Source of the DNA: an uncultured Chloroflexia bacterium
GTDB taxonomy: Bacteria; Chloroflexota; Dehalococcoidia; DSTF01; JALHUB01
Length of the DNA: 64,000 nt
Direction: 5' to 3'
NCBI GenBank assembly: GCA_963842845.1
Contig: CAWJHZ010000019.1
Coordinates: forward strand, 64,995-128,994
Shown: positions 49,913 through 60,263 of the stretch, piece by piece
How positions within the stretch are numbered: the stretch's first letter is position 1
Layout: the number at the start of each line of letters is the position of its first letter
Made by a program: the position numbers and the translations under genes
The notes under the pieces: model-generated
What the model was told of the DNA's origin: nothing
The model's database searches: none
What the model saw: the letters and a program-made list of their open reading frames with translations, nothing else

Positions 49913-51508
49913 GTGGTGACTGAAAAGGTCACTTCTCTGTATAAGCTGGCGGACGCCGCCATCGACGGCAAGGCGGGCGAACAATCGCTCGTCCGCATCG
50001 CCGATCTCGTTCGCGAGGCGATAGCGGCGGAACGCATCTTCCTTGTCTACCCGGAGAACAAGGAGTTCATACTGTGTGGCGATTCCAGCGCAGCCGAAGG
50101 ACTGGGAACAAACCAGATGGGGCTATGGCTGGTCCAGCACCAGTGCGAGATAGTCGGCGGTCCTGTCGCCTTCGACATAGTCGGCGAGCGCGTTAGCGAC
50201 ATCGTCGATGCCCGCCAGGGAGGTGCAAAGCGCTTTCTTGGCTTCCAGCTCGACGGTGGCGGCGAGATGCTCATCATTAAGACACGGGCGAATTCCCCCG
50301 CAGGCGCGGGCGTCTTCGCTTTCATCGAAGCCGCAACGCCCGCCATCACGCTCGTGCTCGGTCGCGTGCTGAGCGTAGCCAAGGCCGACCGCCAGCGCGA
50401 GCAGATGTCGGCGGTGGCGGATGCCGCGCAACTCTTGATCCAAGCGGAGCACATATCGCCGGTGCTCAGACACCTGGCCAACGCCATCTCCATTTCCACC
50501 GGCAACGACCTGGTGTCGATAGACGTTTTCGACAAGGACTCGCAAACGTTCGTGCTCAGCGTTCTGAACATTGGGCCGCAGATTGACACGTCCCTCGGTG
50601 ATGAATGGAAGCAGCGACAGCCCACCGCTCTTTACCCCGAAGCGCTTCTCAGGGCGGCCATGGCAACGCGCCAACCACTGCTTCTGCCCGACCTTCAGAA
50701 CGACGAAAGGATACCGGAAACCGGAAGAGAGTTCTTTCGGCGGGCTCACATATTCTCGGCCGCCCAGTTCCCGATCACTTTCCGCGATGACTTCCTCGGC
50801 GTCCTGCGGGTGGCCAATCAGCGGCCACGGGATTTCGCGGACACGGAGGTGGAGGTCCTGAATGGCTTCGCCAGCCAGTTGGGCGCGGCCCTCAAAGCGG
50901 TAGAGATGTACCAGTCGCTGGCCCAGTCGGAGAAACAACTGAGAGAGTACGCCGAGGAACTGCAGTCCAGCAACGAGGTGCAGCACCGTCTGGCGCGGAC
51001 GGATGCGCTGACCGGCGTCCCAAATCGACGCTATATCGATGAGGTGGTAAAGGGCGAATGCTCGCGCGCCATCCGCCACAAGACGGCCCTCTGCGTTGCC
51101 CTGGCCGACCTCGATAAGTTCAAGGCGATTAATGACAACTACGGCCACAAAGCGGGGGACGCCGCTCTTGTCCAGCTCGCCGACCTGGCCAGGCGAACGT
51201 GCCGGCGCGGCGACGTGGTCGGGCGCTATGGCGGTGACGAGTTCATTTTCGTACTGCCCCGGGCGGACCTCGCCGCGGCCCAGAGATTCGCCAACCGCTT
51301 TCGGGCCGCGGTCGCCGGACGGGTGTTTGATTTCGCCGGCGACGGGAGCGCGAGAATGAGCATTAGCATCGGCGTTGCGCAGCTCGACCCTCATAATGCA
51401 CAGAAACCCTTCGCGCTGATAAAGCAGGCCGACGAAGCACTTTATGAGGCCAAAGCCAGAGGTGGCAACAAAACCTGCTCGCGCTCCGCCCGGAAAAGCG
51501 CGGCCTGA
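49913..51508 (+). CDS. GAF-domain diguanylate cyclase (GGDEF)
   Basis: 531-aa ORF with two GAF-like N-terminal regions, a coiled linker, and RTDALTGVPNRRY...GRYGGDEFIFVLP...ADEALYEAKARGGN. Confidence 0.85.
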   Translation: MVTEKVTSLYKLADAAIDGKAGEQSLVRIADLVREAIAAERIFLVYPENKEFILCGDSSAAEGLGTNQMGLWLVQHQCEIVGGPVAFDIVGERVSDIVDARQGGAKRFLGFQLDGGGEMLIIKTRANSPAGAGVFAFIEAATPAITLVLGRVLSVAKADRQREQMSAVADAAQLLIQAEHISPVLRHLANAISISTGNDLVSIDVFDKDSQTFVLSVLNIGPQIDTSLGDEWKQRQPTALYPEALLRAAMATRQPLLLPDLQNDERIPETGREFFRRAHIFSAAQFPITFRDDFLGVLRVANQRPRDFADTEVEVLNGFASQLGAALKAVEMYQSLAQSEKQLREYAEELQSSNEVQHRLARTDALTGVPNRRYIDEVVKGECSRAIRHKTALCVALADLDKFKAINDNYGHKAGDAALVQLADLARRTCRRGDVVGRYGGDEFIFVLPRADLAAAQRFANRFRAAVAGRVFDFAGDGSARMSISIGVAQLDPHNAQKPFALIKQADEALYEAKARGGNKTCSRSARKSAA

Positions 51509-51611
51509 CGGTGGATCGCGCGTCTCCAGCCAAAGCGTATTTAGAATGCTGACCCACCTACCGAATCTAAGTGTGGAGTGAGTTGACGACGTCGAACCGG
51601 AGAAGGTCATT

Positions 51612-53198
51612 GTGAAGCCCGGGCTTGATGCGCTCCAGCAGCTTGCCGATCTCGCCGCAAGGGGGCCAGCGAGCAGGCTGGGGCTAACGCGTATAGCCGA
51701 CACCCTTAGGGAAGCGCTCGGCGCCGAACGCGTCTGCTTTGTCTACGCTGAAGGCCTGGACTGGCTGCGCTGCGGCGATTCGCGCTGCGGCGATGAGATC
51801 GGCACTGGCGAGAAGGGGCTCTGGCTGGTCCAGCAGCGGACACAAAAGCAGAAGGCGCCCGTTGCCTTCAGCATCCAGGCGGGACGCGTGGAAGGCCTAG
51901 TGAGCGCCACGGCCGGACAGAGGTGTGAGTACCTTGGCATCAGGATCCCTACCAAAGAGAGCCCAGCAGAGATGGTGATCATCCGCGGGCCCTGGGAGAC
52001 GGGATTGGACCGCTCCCTGCTGACTGTCATCGAGGCGGCGCGGCCGTCGCTCATCATGTTCCTCGAGCGTATGCTCAACGCCCGCTGGTCGGAGCGCCAG
52101 CGTCAGCAGATGTCGGCCCTGGCGAACGCGGCCGAGGTGCTGACGCAGGGGGAGGACACACAATCGCTGCTGGAGCACCTGGCCGGCGCCATCTCCGACA
52201 CGACAGGCTACGAGATCGTGCGGATCGAGATCTGGGATAACGCCTCCCAGCGAGTCACAACACAGGCACTCAACTCCGTCCGCTGGCAGGGCACAGGGGC
52301 AGAACTTCGCTCGACAGGAGGGGTCATGGACGGGCCGCTCCGAGAGGCGATACGAACGCGGCAGCCGGTCCTGATGCCCGATTTGCAGAATTGCCCAATC
52401 GTCGCGGAAGAAGAAAGGCGCCAGTTTCAGTGGGTAATGCTTGTATCGGCAGCGCGCGTGCCTATTCTCTTCGCCGACGAGATGCTGGGACTGATCGCTC
52501 TTGCCAGCTTCCGGCCGCGGACGTTCCCGCCGGAAGAGGTCGAGGGATTCAAGGCAATCGCCACTCAACTATCGGTGGGCTTGAAGGCGAGAAACATGTA
52601 CTCGGCGCTGGCGGAATCGAAGGAGCAGCTCGAAAGGTACTCCAAACGGCTCCAGGAAAGCACCGAGATCCAGCACCGCCTGGCGCGCACCGACGCCCTT
52701 ACCGGCATTCCCAACCGGCGCTATGTGGAAGAGGTCATCGAGGCGGAACGAGCGCGCGCCCTTCGCCACGGCGGATCGCTGAGCGTCGGCCTGCTGGACG
52801 TGGACAAGCTGAAGTCGGTGAACGACCAGTTCGGCCACGACGCCGGCGATGAGGTTCTGCTGCAACTGGCGCGACTAGCCCGCCAGAGCTGTCGCAAGGG
52901 CGACGTCGTCGGGCGCTACGGCGGCGATGAGTTCCTCTTCGTGCTGCCGGAAGCGGACTTGGGCGCGGCGCGGCGCTTCGGCGAGCGCTTCCGCAGCCGG
53001 GTCGAGAAGCAACCGTTCTATCTTCCGCGCGGCGATACGCTGGGCCTCAACGTGAGCCTGGGCGTCGCCGAGGCGGACTTCCTGGCGCTCCAAGAGGCGC
53101 AGGACCTGATCGCGACGGCCGACGCGGCCCTCTACGAGGCAAAATCCAGCGGCGGCAACATTGTCTGCTCGCGATCGCAGGGGACGCGCGTCGCCTAG
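51612..53198 (+). CDS. GAF-domain diguanylate cyclase (GGDEF), tandem paralog
   Basis: 528-aa ORF colinear with the upstream paralog: RTDALTGIPNRRY...GRYGGDEFLFVLP...ADAALYEAKSSGGN. Confidence 0.85.
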   Translation: MKPGLDALQQLADLAARGPASRLGLTRIADTLREALGAERVCFVYAEGLDWLRCGDSRCGDEIGTGEKGLWLVQQRTQKQKAPVAFSIQAGRVEGLVSATAGQRCEYLGIRIPTKESPAEMVIIRGPWETGLDRSLLTVIEAARPSLIMFLERMLNARWSERQRQQMSALANAAEVLTQGEDTQSLLEHLAGAISDTTGYEIVRIEIWDNASQRVTTQALNSVRWQGTGAELRSTGGVMDGPLREAIRTRQPVLMPDLQNCPIVAEEERRQFQWVMLVSAARVPILFADEMLGLIALASFRPRTFPPEEVEGFKAIATQLSVGLKARNMYSALAESKEQLERYSKRLQESTEIQHRLARTDALTGIPNRRYVEEVIEAERARALRHGGSLSVGLLDVDKLKSVNDQFGHDAGDEVLLQLARLARQSCRKGDVVGRYGGDEFLFVLPEADLGAARRFGERFRSRVEKQPFYLPRGDTLGLNVSLGVAEADFLALQEAQDLIATADAALYEAKSSGGNIVCSRSQGTRVA

Positions 53199-53316
53199 GC
53201 TACCCTCCCTCTCCTCGACCCAAATCATTGGTGACCCCTTCTCATTTGCCGCGCGGTCGAAGCAGCAGGCAAACGCCTGTTAGAATGATCCCGCCAGTAT
53301 CGAAGCGAGGCGGCGA

Positions 53317-54177
53317 GTGCAGCTTACTCCGAACGTCCACGTCTTGCGGGCTCCTTCCGCGCCGTACGCCGGTCCCTACGAGCCGAACGTCTACCTCGTC
53401 GTCGACGGCGGGAGCGCTATCATCATCGACGGCGGCCTGGAGGACGAGGCGGCGGCGAATGAACGGCTGACATACCTGAAGGACCTGGGCGCACCGCGCG
53501 TCGGGCTGATCGCGCTGACGCATCATCATCGCGACCACGCGGGCGGCGCCCTCCTGCTCACCGCAGCCACGGGAGCGCCGATCCGGATGCATGCGGAAGA
53601 GGAACGCCTCCTGGGTGACGACCCGAAGCGCCGGCATCCGGATGTCCGCTTCGGTCCGCCCCTCGTCGATGGCGAGGCATTGGCGGCGGGACGCCTGCGG
53701 CTGCGCGTCGTTCATACGCCCGGACACAGCGCCGGCCACGTCTGCTTCTTCCTGGAAGAGCAGGCGGTCCTGTTCAGCGGCGACAACGTGCTCGGGCTGG
53801 GCACCACGGCGATCCCACCCCCTCCCACCGGCGACATGGCCCTCTACGTCCGTTCGCTGGAGCGCATGAAGTCGCTCGGCGCGTCGCTGCTTTGCCCGGG
53901 ACACGGCCCGCCGGTGCGGGAGCCCCAGCGCAAGATACAGGAGCTCATCGACCACCGGCACCAGCGCGAAGAGCAACTCCTGTCGCTCCTTAGCGGCGGC
54001 GAATCGAGCGTCGACGCGTTGGTCCGTCGGATCTACCCGGAGCTGGCGCCGCAATTGCTAAGAATGGCCGGGGGCCAGGTGACGGCCCATCTCTGCAAGC
54101 TCCGCGACGAAGGCAAGGTGAGCCTGCGCACCGAGGACGGCGACTTGGTTGCAACGATGCGTCCATCGAGCGGCTGA
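53317..54177 (+). CDS. MBL-fold metallo-hydrolase
   Basis: 286-aa ORF with the THHHRDHAGG metal motif, HTPGHSAGH, and a C-terminal winged-helix-like tail. Confidence 0.8.
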   Translation: MQLTPNVHVLRAPSAPYAGPYEPNVYLVVDGGSAIIIDGGLEDEAAANERLTYLKDLGAPRVGLIALTHHHRDHAGGALLLTAATGAPIRMHAEEERLLGDDPKRRHPDVRFGPPLVDGEALAAGRLRLRVVHTPGHSAGHVCFFLEEQAVLFSGDNVLGLGTTAIPPPPTGDMALYVRSLERMKSLGASLLCPGHGPPVREPQRKIQELIDHRHQREEQLLSLLSGGESSVDALVRRIYPELAPQLLRMAGGQVTAHLCKLRDEGKVSLRTEDGDLVATMRPSSG

Positions 54178-54248
54178 TCGTCGCCTAGACCCTCCCACTT
54201 CAGCACCGTATAATCATTCGTGAAGAACGTATTCCTCAGGAAGAAGCG

Positions 54249-55580
54249 ATGTATCTCGATCCCGCCTTCGTTCCCATATTGCCGCGCACCGCCGGCCTGA
54301 CGCCGCAGGGCCACCTGAGCCTCGGCGGCTGCGACGCCGTCGATCTGGTGGGTGAGTTCGGGACGCCGCTGTACGTGTTCGACGAGACCGAGTTGCGCGA
54401 GGGCGCCCGCGAATGGCGCTCCGCCTTCGCCGCGTACCCTGACACGACGGTCGTCTATGCCGCGAAGGCGTACCTGGGACGCGCCGTCGCCGCGCTCTTC
54501 GCGCAAGAAGGGCTGGGGCTGGACGTTGCCTCCGGCGGTGAGCTGGCGATTGCCCTGGCGGCCGGGTTTCCGGCGGAACGCATCTACCTCCACGGCAACA
54601 ACAAGTCGCGCCGCGAGCTTGGTGAGGCGCTGGACGCCGGCGTCGGCCACGTCGTCATCGACAACCTCCGCGAGATCGCCTTACTAGATGGACTGGCGAC
54701 CGCGGCCGGAAAGCGTCAGTCGGTCCTCCTGCGCGTCTCGCCGAACGTCGACCCGCACACGCACCGCTACATCTCGACCGGCGCTCTCGACTCGAAGTTC
54801 GGCGTATCGCTCGCCACCGGCGACGCGGATGCTGCTGTCGAGGCGGTGACGGCATCGAAGGCGCTCGATCTCGCCGGCCTGCACGCACACATCGGCTCGC
54901 AGATATTCGAAATCGAGCCGTTCCAGCAGTCGCTCAAGGCCCTCCTCGAGTTCGCCGCGCGCCTGAAGGGATGTCATCAGTTCGCACAGATCAGTGCTGG
55001 CGGCGGCTTTGCCGTCCAGTACCAGCGCGGCCTTCCCGCTCCGTCCCGACGCGAGTATGCAGAGGCGTTGGCGACCACGCTGAAGGAATCGTGCCGGGCG
55101 TTCGACCTGCCGCCGCCGCGACTCGTCATCGAGCCCGGGCGGTCGCTCGTCGCCCGCGCCGGCGTCGCGCTCTATGGCGTCGGTGGGCGAAAGGAGATCG
55201 CCGGCGTGCGCACATACGTCCTCGTCGACGGCGGCATGGCGGACAACATCCGTCCCGCCCTCTACGGCGCCGCTTACGAGGCGCTCCGGGCCAGCCGCGT
55301 CGACGAAGAAGGACCGCGGGAGCGCGTCACAATCGCCGGCAAGTACTGCGAGTCCGGCGACGTGCTGGTCCGCGACATCGAGCTGCCGAAGCTGCAGCCT
55401 GACGACGTCCTGGCCATTCCCGCGTCCGGCGCCTATTGCCTGCCGCTGGCCAGCAACTACAACGCCTCGCTGCGACCGGCCGTCGTCTTCGTGAAGGACG
55501 GACGCGCCCGGCTCGTGCGCCGTCGCGAGAGCTACGACGATCTGCTGCGCTGCGAGTGCGGCGACGGAGCGGCGGACTAG
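54249..55580 (+). CDS. lysA: diaminopimelate decarboxylase
   Basis: 443-aa ORF. YAAKAY (PLP Lys), HIGSQ, GGGFAV, EPGRSLVA and CESGD are the typical LysA/group IV decarboxylase motifs. Confidence 0.95.
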   Translation: MYLDPAFVPILPRTAGLTPQGHLSLGGCDAVDLVGEFGTPLYVFDETELREGAREWRSAFAAYPDTTVVYAAKAYLGRAVAALFAQEGLGLDVASGGELAIALAAGFPAERIYLHGNNKSRRELGEALDAGVGHVVIDNLREIALLDGLATAAGKRQSVLLRVSPNVDPHTHRYISTGALDSKFGVSLATGDADAAVEAVTASKALDLAGLHAHIGSQIFEIEPFQQSLKALLEFAARLKGCHQFAQISAGGGFAVQYQRGLPAPSRREYAEALATTLKESCRAFDLPPPRLVIEPGRSLVARAGVALYGVGGRKEIAGVRTYVLVDGGMADNIRPALYGAAYEALRASRVDEEGPRERVTIAGKYCESGDVLVRDIELPKLQPDDVLAIPASGAYCLPLASNYNASLRPAVVFVKDGRARLVRRRESYDDLLRCECGDGAAD

Positions 55581-55584
55581 CGCT

Positions 55585-56657
55585 ATGTGGAAAGTGATTG
55601 GTCAGGAGCGGGCTCAGGCGTCGCTTAGCCGTGCGCTGGCGGAGGGGCGCGCTTCCCATGCCTATCTCTTCGCCGGCCCGCCGCAGGTCGGCAAGGCGAC
55701 GGCGGCCCTGGAGTTCGCGCAGGCGTTGAACTGCCGCGGCGAAGATCCACCATGTCATCGCTGCCGCCAGTGCCAGCTCATCGAGGAAGGCAGGCACCCA
55801 GACGTCGAGGTCATAGGCATCGGCGGCCTCTGCGAGGAGGCGGGCCCGGACCACAAAGACCACGCGGCGGACGGCTCGAAGGAGATACGCATCTGCCAGA
55901 TACGGCGGCTGAAGCGGATCGCCAGCCGAGCGCCGTTCGAAGGCCGCTTTCGCGTCGCCATAATCGACCCGGCGGACGCCCTGAACGCGGAGTCGTCAAA
56001 CGCGCTGCTGAAGACGCTGGAGGAGCCGGTAGCTTCGATGGTGCTCATTCTGGTGACGAGCCGCGAGGAAGCTCTCTTGCCGACGGTCCGCTCGCGCTGC
56101 CGCCTGGTGCCTTTCAGCAACATGTCCGTGGCTGCTGTGGCGGAGGCGCTGCAGGAGACGTGGGAGACGCCGGCCGAGGACGCGGCGCTGCTCGCCAGGC
56201 TTAGCGGCGGGCGGCTCGGCTGGGCGGTGACGGCCTGGGAGGACGAAACGGTTCTCCCAGCCCGCGAGTCGATGCTCGAGGACGTCTATCGCCTGAGCGC
56301 CGCCGGCCGCGACGAGCGCTTCGCCTGGGCGGCGGAGATGTCGAGACGCTTCTACCGTGACCGAAACAACGTCTTCGCCCTGCTGGAGCTTTGGCGCGAG
56401 TGGTGGCGCGACGTGCTTCTGACGGCGTCGGGCCAGACGGAAATCGTCACCAACGCCGGTCTTCTGGACAGACTGGCCCTGATGGCCGGAAAATATACGA
56501 TAGGAGACATTGTGTCGTTTCTGCGGGCGCTGGGTCGGACAGCGGAGTACCTGGCCGACAACGTGAACCCGCAACTGGCGCTGGAGGTGCTTATGCTCCA
56601 GATGCCGGCGCCAAGAAGGAGAGACAGCTCGCCGCGGCCGCCGCCAGGCCCGCCTGA
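55585..56657 (+). CDS. holB: DNA polymerase III delta-prime subunit (3-prime end unresolved)
   Basis: It has HAYLFAGPPQVGKATAALEFAQALNC, a Cys-rich zinc module CHRCRQCQ, SNALLKTLEEP and VRSRC. The annotated frame has no stop until 57348 and runs across ricT. The end given here is the TGA of the adjacent frame (see findings). Confidence 0.75.
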
Positions 56658-56680
56658 GACGGAGCGGAGAGCTTGCAGAT

Positions 56681-57706
56681 ATGACCGAAGAACCAGCGAC
56701 AGCAACGCCGCGTCGCATTGCCGGTGTCCGCTTCGACGGCGCCGGCAGAGTGTGCTACTTCGACGCCAAGGACATCGAGCTGAAGACAGGCCAGCGGGTC
56801 GTCGTTCAGACAGCGCGCGGCTCGTCCGTCGGGCGAGTGGTTATCGCGCCGGAGCAGGTGGTGGCCGAAGAGATCGGCGACCAGCTCGATCCCGTTCTCC
56901 GCATCGCCGACGACGAAGACATAGCGAAGGCAGAGTCGCTCAGAGGCGAGGTCCACACGGACCTGACGCTCGCCCGCAAGAAGGTAGACGAGCACGGCCT
57001 GGACATGCGCCTGGTCGGCGGCGAATCCAACCTGGAGGGCTCCCGGCTCACGCTCTATTTCACCGCCCAGCAGCGCGTCGACTTCCGCGCCCTCGTGCGC
57101 GACCTCTCGTCGGCCCTGCAGAAGCGGGTGCAGCTCCTCCAGGTGGGCGAGCGCGACCGCGCCAAGCTCGCCGGCGATATCGGCCAGTGCGGCTATACCC
57201 TCTGCTGCCGCTCCTGGCTCGCCGCCTTCCCATCGATTTCGATTCGGATGGCGAAGGAGCAGGACGTGCCGTTGAATCCGTCGAAGATATCCGGCGTTTG
57301 CGGCCGCCTCCTTTGCTGCCTGGCTTACGAGCACGAGCAGTACCGTGAGCTTCGCGGCCAGCTGCCGAAGGTGGGGCAAATGCTCTCGACGCCCGCCGGC
57401 GAGGCGAAGCTCATCGCTGTGCACGTCCTCAAGCAGACCGTCTCGCTGCGCATGGCGGACACGCTAACTGTTGTCGACATGTCGATGGACGAGCTGCGCG
57501 GCCAGTACGGCACCGCGGTGCGACCGGCGGAGCTCGTCAAAGAAGAGCTTCAGTCGGCACTAGAGGCGCCGCCTCGGTCGCAGCCTCCGACGCAGGCCGC
57601 GTCAGAGCAGAGCGAAGCTGAGCCGCATCGGCGAAGACGCCGCCGGGGTGGGCGCGGACGCCGGGGCCAGGGCCCGCGAAACGATAATCCGCCACAACCG
57701 TCGTAG
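56681..57706 (+). CDS. ricT: PSP1-domain protein RicT/YaaT
   Basis: 341-aa ORF with GVRFDGAGRVCYFDAKD...GQRVVVQTARG and the Cys cluster GQCGYTLCCRSWL...CGRLLCCLAYE. It has a basic Arg-rich tail. Confidence 0.88.
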   Translation: MTEEPATATPRRIAGVRFDGAGRVCYFDAKDIELKTGQRVVVQTARGSSVGRVVIAPEQVVAEEIGDQLDPVLRIADDEDIAKAESLRGEVHTDLTLARKKVDEHGLDMRLVGGESNLEGSRLTLYFTAQQRVDFRALVRDLSSALQKRVQLLQVGERDRAKLAGDIGQCGYTLCCRSWLAAFPSISIRMAKEQDVPLNPSKISGVCGRLLCCLAYEHEQYRELRGQLPKVGQMLSTPAGEAKLIAVHVLKQTVSLRMADTLTVVDMSMDELRGQYGTAVRPAELVKEELQSALEAPPRSQPPTQAASEQSEAEPHRRRRRRGGRGRRGQGPRNDNPPQPS

Positions 57707-57730
57707 CAGAAGGACCGCGAGGAGGTTGAT

Positions 57731-58978
57731 TTGAAGGAGCTACAGCAGGTCGACCCGGAGGTCTACGCGCTGATCGAAGCGGAGGCGCGCTACGAGTTCG
57801 AGACGCTGCGCCTCATCCCCTCGGAGAACTACGCCTCGGCAGCGGTCATCCAGGCGCTGGGCTCCGTGCTGACGAACAAGTACTCCGAGGGGTACGCCGG
57901 CAAGCGCTACTACGAAGGCCAGCGCTACGTCGACGCCATCGAGGAGCTGGCGATCCAGCGGGCAAAGAGCCTCTTCGGCGTCGACCACGCCAACGTTCAG
58001 CCTTACTCCGGTTCGCCCGCTAACATGGCGGCCTACTACGCGCTGCTGGAGCCCGGCGAAACGATAATGGGCCTCAGCCTGCCTCACGGCGGTCACCTGA
58101 CGCACGGCTGGGAAGTCAACTTCTCCGCCCGCTTCTACCACTCTGTCCAGTACACGGTCGACAGGCAGACGAACCTGGTCGACTACGACTCCGTGCGAGC
58201 GCTGGCGAAGGAGGTAAGGCCGAAGGTCATCGTCTGCGGCGCCACGGCCTACCCGCGCCTGTGGGACTTCAAGGCCTTCGCCGACATTGCGAAAGAGGTC
58301 GACGCCTATTTCCTGGCCGACATCGCCCACATAGCGGGGCTCATCGCCGCCGGCGTCCATCCCGACCCGGCGCCCTACGCCGACGTCATCACCACGACGA
58401 CCCACAAGACCCTCCGTGGCCCCCGCGGCGCGATGATCATGTGCCGCGAACAGTTCGCGCAGAGCATCGACCGCGCGGTCTTCCCGGCGCTCCAGGGCGG
58501 CCCGCACGACCACACGACGGCCGCCATCGCCGTCGCCCTGAAAGAGGCGGCATCGCCGGAGTTCAAGGAATACGGCGCCCAGGTCGTCCGGAACGCGAAG
58601 GCGCTGGCCGGCGAGCTGCTGGAGCGCGGCTTCCAGCTCGTCTCCGGCGGCACCGACAACCACCTCGTCCTCATCGACCTGACGAACAAGGGCGTGACGG
58701 GCAAGAAGGCGTCGAAGGCGCTGGACCGGGCGGGAATCGTCGTCAACGCCAACACCGTCCCCTTCGACCCGCGCAAGCCGTTCAGCCCCAGCGGCATTCG
58801 CATCGGCAGCCCGGCCGTCACCTCCCGCGGCATGAAAGAGCCGGAGATGCGCCGCATCGTCGTCTGGATGGACGAAGTCGTCGCCAGCGTGGACGACGAG
58901 CCGACGCTGGAGCGCGTCCGCAACGAAGTCAAGGAGTTCTGCGCTGCATTCCCGGCGCCGGGCATTCCGATCGAATAG
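57731..58978 (+). CDS. glyA: serine hydroxymethyltransferase
   Basis: 415-aa ORF with LIPSENY, YSEGYAGKRYY, TTTTHKTLRGPRG (PLP Lys) and GGTDNHL. The start is TTG. Confidence 0.97.
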   Translation: MKELQQVDPEVYALIEAEARYEFETLRLIPSENYASAAVIQALGSVLTNKYSEGYAGKRYYEGQRYVDAIEELAIQRAKSLFGVDHANVQPYSGSPANMAAYYALLEPGETIMGLSLPHGGHLTHGWEVNFSARFYHSVQYTVDRQTNLVDYDSVRALAKEVRPKVIVCGATAYPRLWDFKAFADIAKEVDAYFLADIAHIAGLIAAGVHPDPAPYADVITTTTHKTLRGPRGAMIMCREQFAQSIDRAVFPALQGGPHDHTTAAIAVALKEAASPEFKEYGAQVVRNAKALAGELLERGFQLVSGGTDNHLVLIDLTNKGVTGKKASKALDRAGIVVNANTVPFDPRKPFSPSGIRIGSPAVTSRGMKEPEMRRIVVWMDEVVASVDDEPTLERVRNEVKEFCAAFPAPGIPIE

Positions 58979-59004
58979 CGCAGCGAGGCGAAGCAACCCG
59001 CGTA

Positions 59005-59059
59005 GGCCAGGCTTTCCAGCCTGGCCGTGTGTTGGCCGCCGAGGCTGGAAAGCCTCGGC
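59005..59059. repeat. pair of short GC-rich hairpins downstream of glyA (terminator-like, no U tract)
   Basis: GGCCAGGCT-ttcc-AGCCTGGCC (59005-59026) and GCCGAGGCT-ggaa-AGCCTCGGC (59038-59059). The cores AGGCTTTCCAGCCT and AGGCTGGAAAGCCT are reverse complements of each other. Confidence 0.5.
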
Positions 59060-59228
59060 TACGGCTACGGTTGGCTTCAAGAAACCGCCCTCTCCCTATG
59101 CAAAAATGTAAAATATCGTTGACCTTTCGCCCCCGATCATCCCTGGCCCTTGACATAGTTTCCGCCTATGGGCCAGAATAATTAGGTATCAGGCGGGGAC
59201 TGCGTGCGTCCGCCCCGCGGCGGACTAG

Positions 59229-60188
59229 TTGAGAAGGAGACTCAATATGGAGAGATGGAAAGGATCCTGGTTGTGGGCGGTGGCCGCAGCAGCGGGGCTC
59301 GCCCTGGTAATGGGAGCATTCGTGGCCTCTTCGGCGGGATCTGCCGTGTATGCGACCGCCGACGACACCGCTACAGCCCAGGCCAACGGGACGGCCACGG
59401 CGGCGGCGGCGACGCAGACGGCGGGACCGACGGCCACACAAGCAGCTATTGAAACGGCGACCGCTGGGCCGGGCGCAACCGCCACGTCGGTATCTGCAAC
59501 CGCGACGGCCCAGGCTACGACGCCGACGGCCACGGCTACTAGCACCGGCTGCGACTTGCAAGTCACCAAGGACTCCAACGAATCGGACGTGCCCGAAGGC
59601 GGCGAGATCACCTACACGATCAGGGTCAGGAACGAAGCCACCTCGGGTTCTTGCACCAACCTCGACGTCACTGACAACGTTCCCAACGATGTGGACTGCA
59701 CAAGCGCGTCCGTCACGGACGATGGCGGCCTCAGCTTTAACGACACCGACATCACCAATAGCTGCAATGACGACAATACCGTCAGGTGGACCACCTCCGA
59801 CAATCTGGACAACGGAGGCGAGGTCACCCTGGAGATGATCGTCACGCTCAACTCGAACGCCCAAGACGGTGACACCATCACCAACGAGGCGTGCGCCGAT
59901 TCTGACAACGGCAGCAGCAACTGTGATTCGGTGGACGTTGACGTAACCGGCGCGACGGCAACGCCGACGTCAGGCCCGACGGCAACGCCGTTCCCGACGG
60001 TCGTAGTCCCGACAGCGCGGCCGGTGGTTCCACCGGCAGCAGTCGTTGCCCCCTCGCTTACCGGCCCGCTTACCGGTACCGGCCCGTCGTCCGGCGGCGG
60101 ATCATCTCCGCTGCCGCTGGCGCTTGGTCTGCTGGGCGGCGTTCTGCTGCTGGCATCGGGCACGCTGCTCGTCAAGCGCACACGCTAG
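59229..60188 (+). CDS. secreted DUF11-repeat protein with C-terminal membrane-anchor/sorting-like signal
   Basis: 319-aa ORF with a signal peptide (WLWAVAAAAGLALVMGAFVASSAGSAVYA) and a Thr/Ala-rich linker. It has a DUF11-like domain (CDLQVTKDSN...GGEITYTIRVRNE...VTDNVP...GEVTLEMIV). The C-terminus is a Gly-rich segment, a hydrophobic helix and KRTR. The start may be ATG at 59247. Confidence 0.65.
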   Translation: MRRRLNMERWKGSWLWAVAAAAGLALVMGAFVASSAGSAVYATADDTATAQANGTATAAAATQTAGPTATQAAIETATAGPGATATSVSATATAQATTPTATATSTGCDLQVTKDSNESDVPEGGEITYTIRVRNEATSGSCTNLDVTDNVPNDVDCTSASVTDDGGLSFNDTDITNSCNDDNTVRWTTSDNLDNGGEVTLEMIVTLNSNAQDGDTITNEACADSDNGSSNCDSVDVDVTGATATPTSGPTATPFPTVVVPTARPVVPPAAVVAPSLTGPLTGTGPSSGGGSSPLPLALGLLGGVLLLASGTLLVKRTR

Positions 60189-60263
60189 GCTAGCCTGGCG
60201 ATCACGGGATAAGCGAAACAAAGGCCTGCGTTCGAGCAGGTAGGGAATCTATTAGGAAATAGC

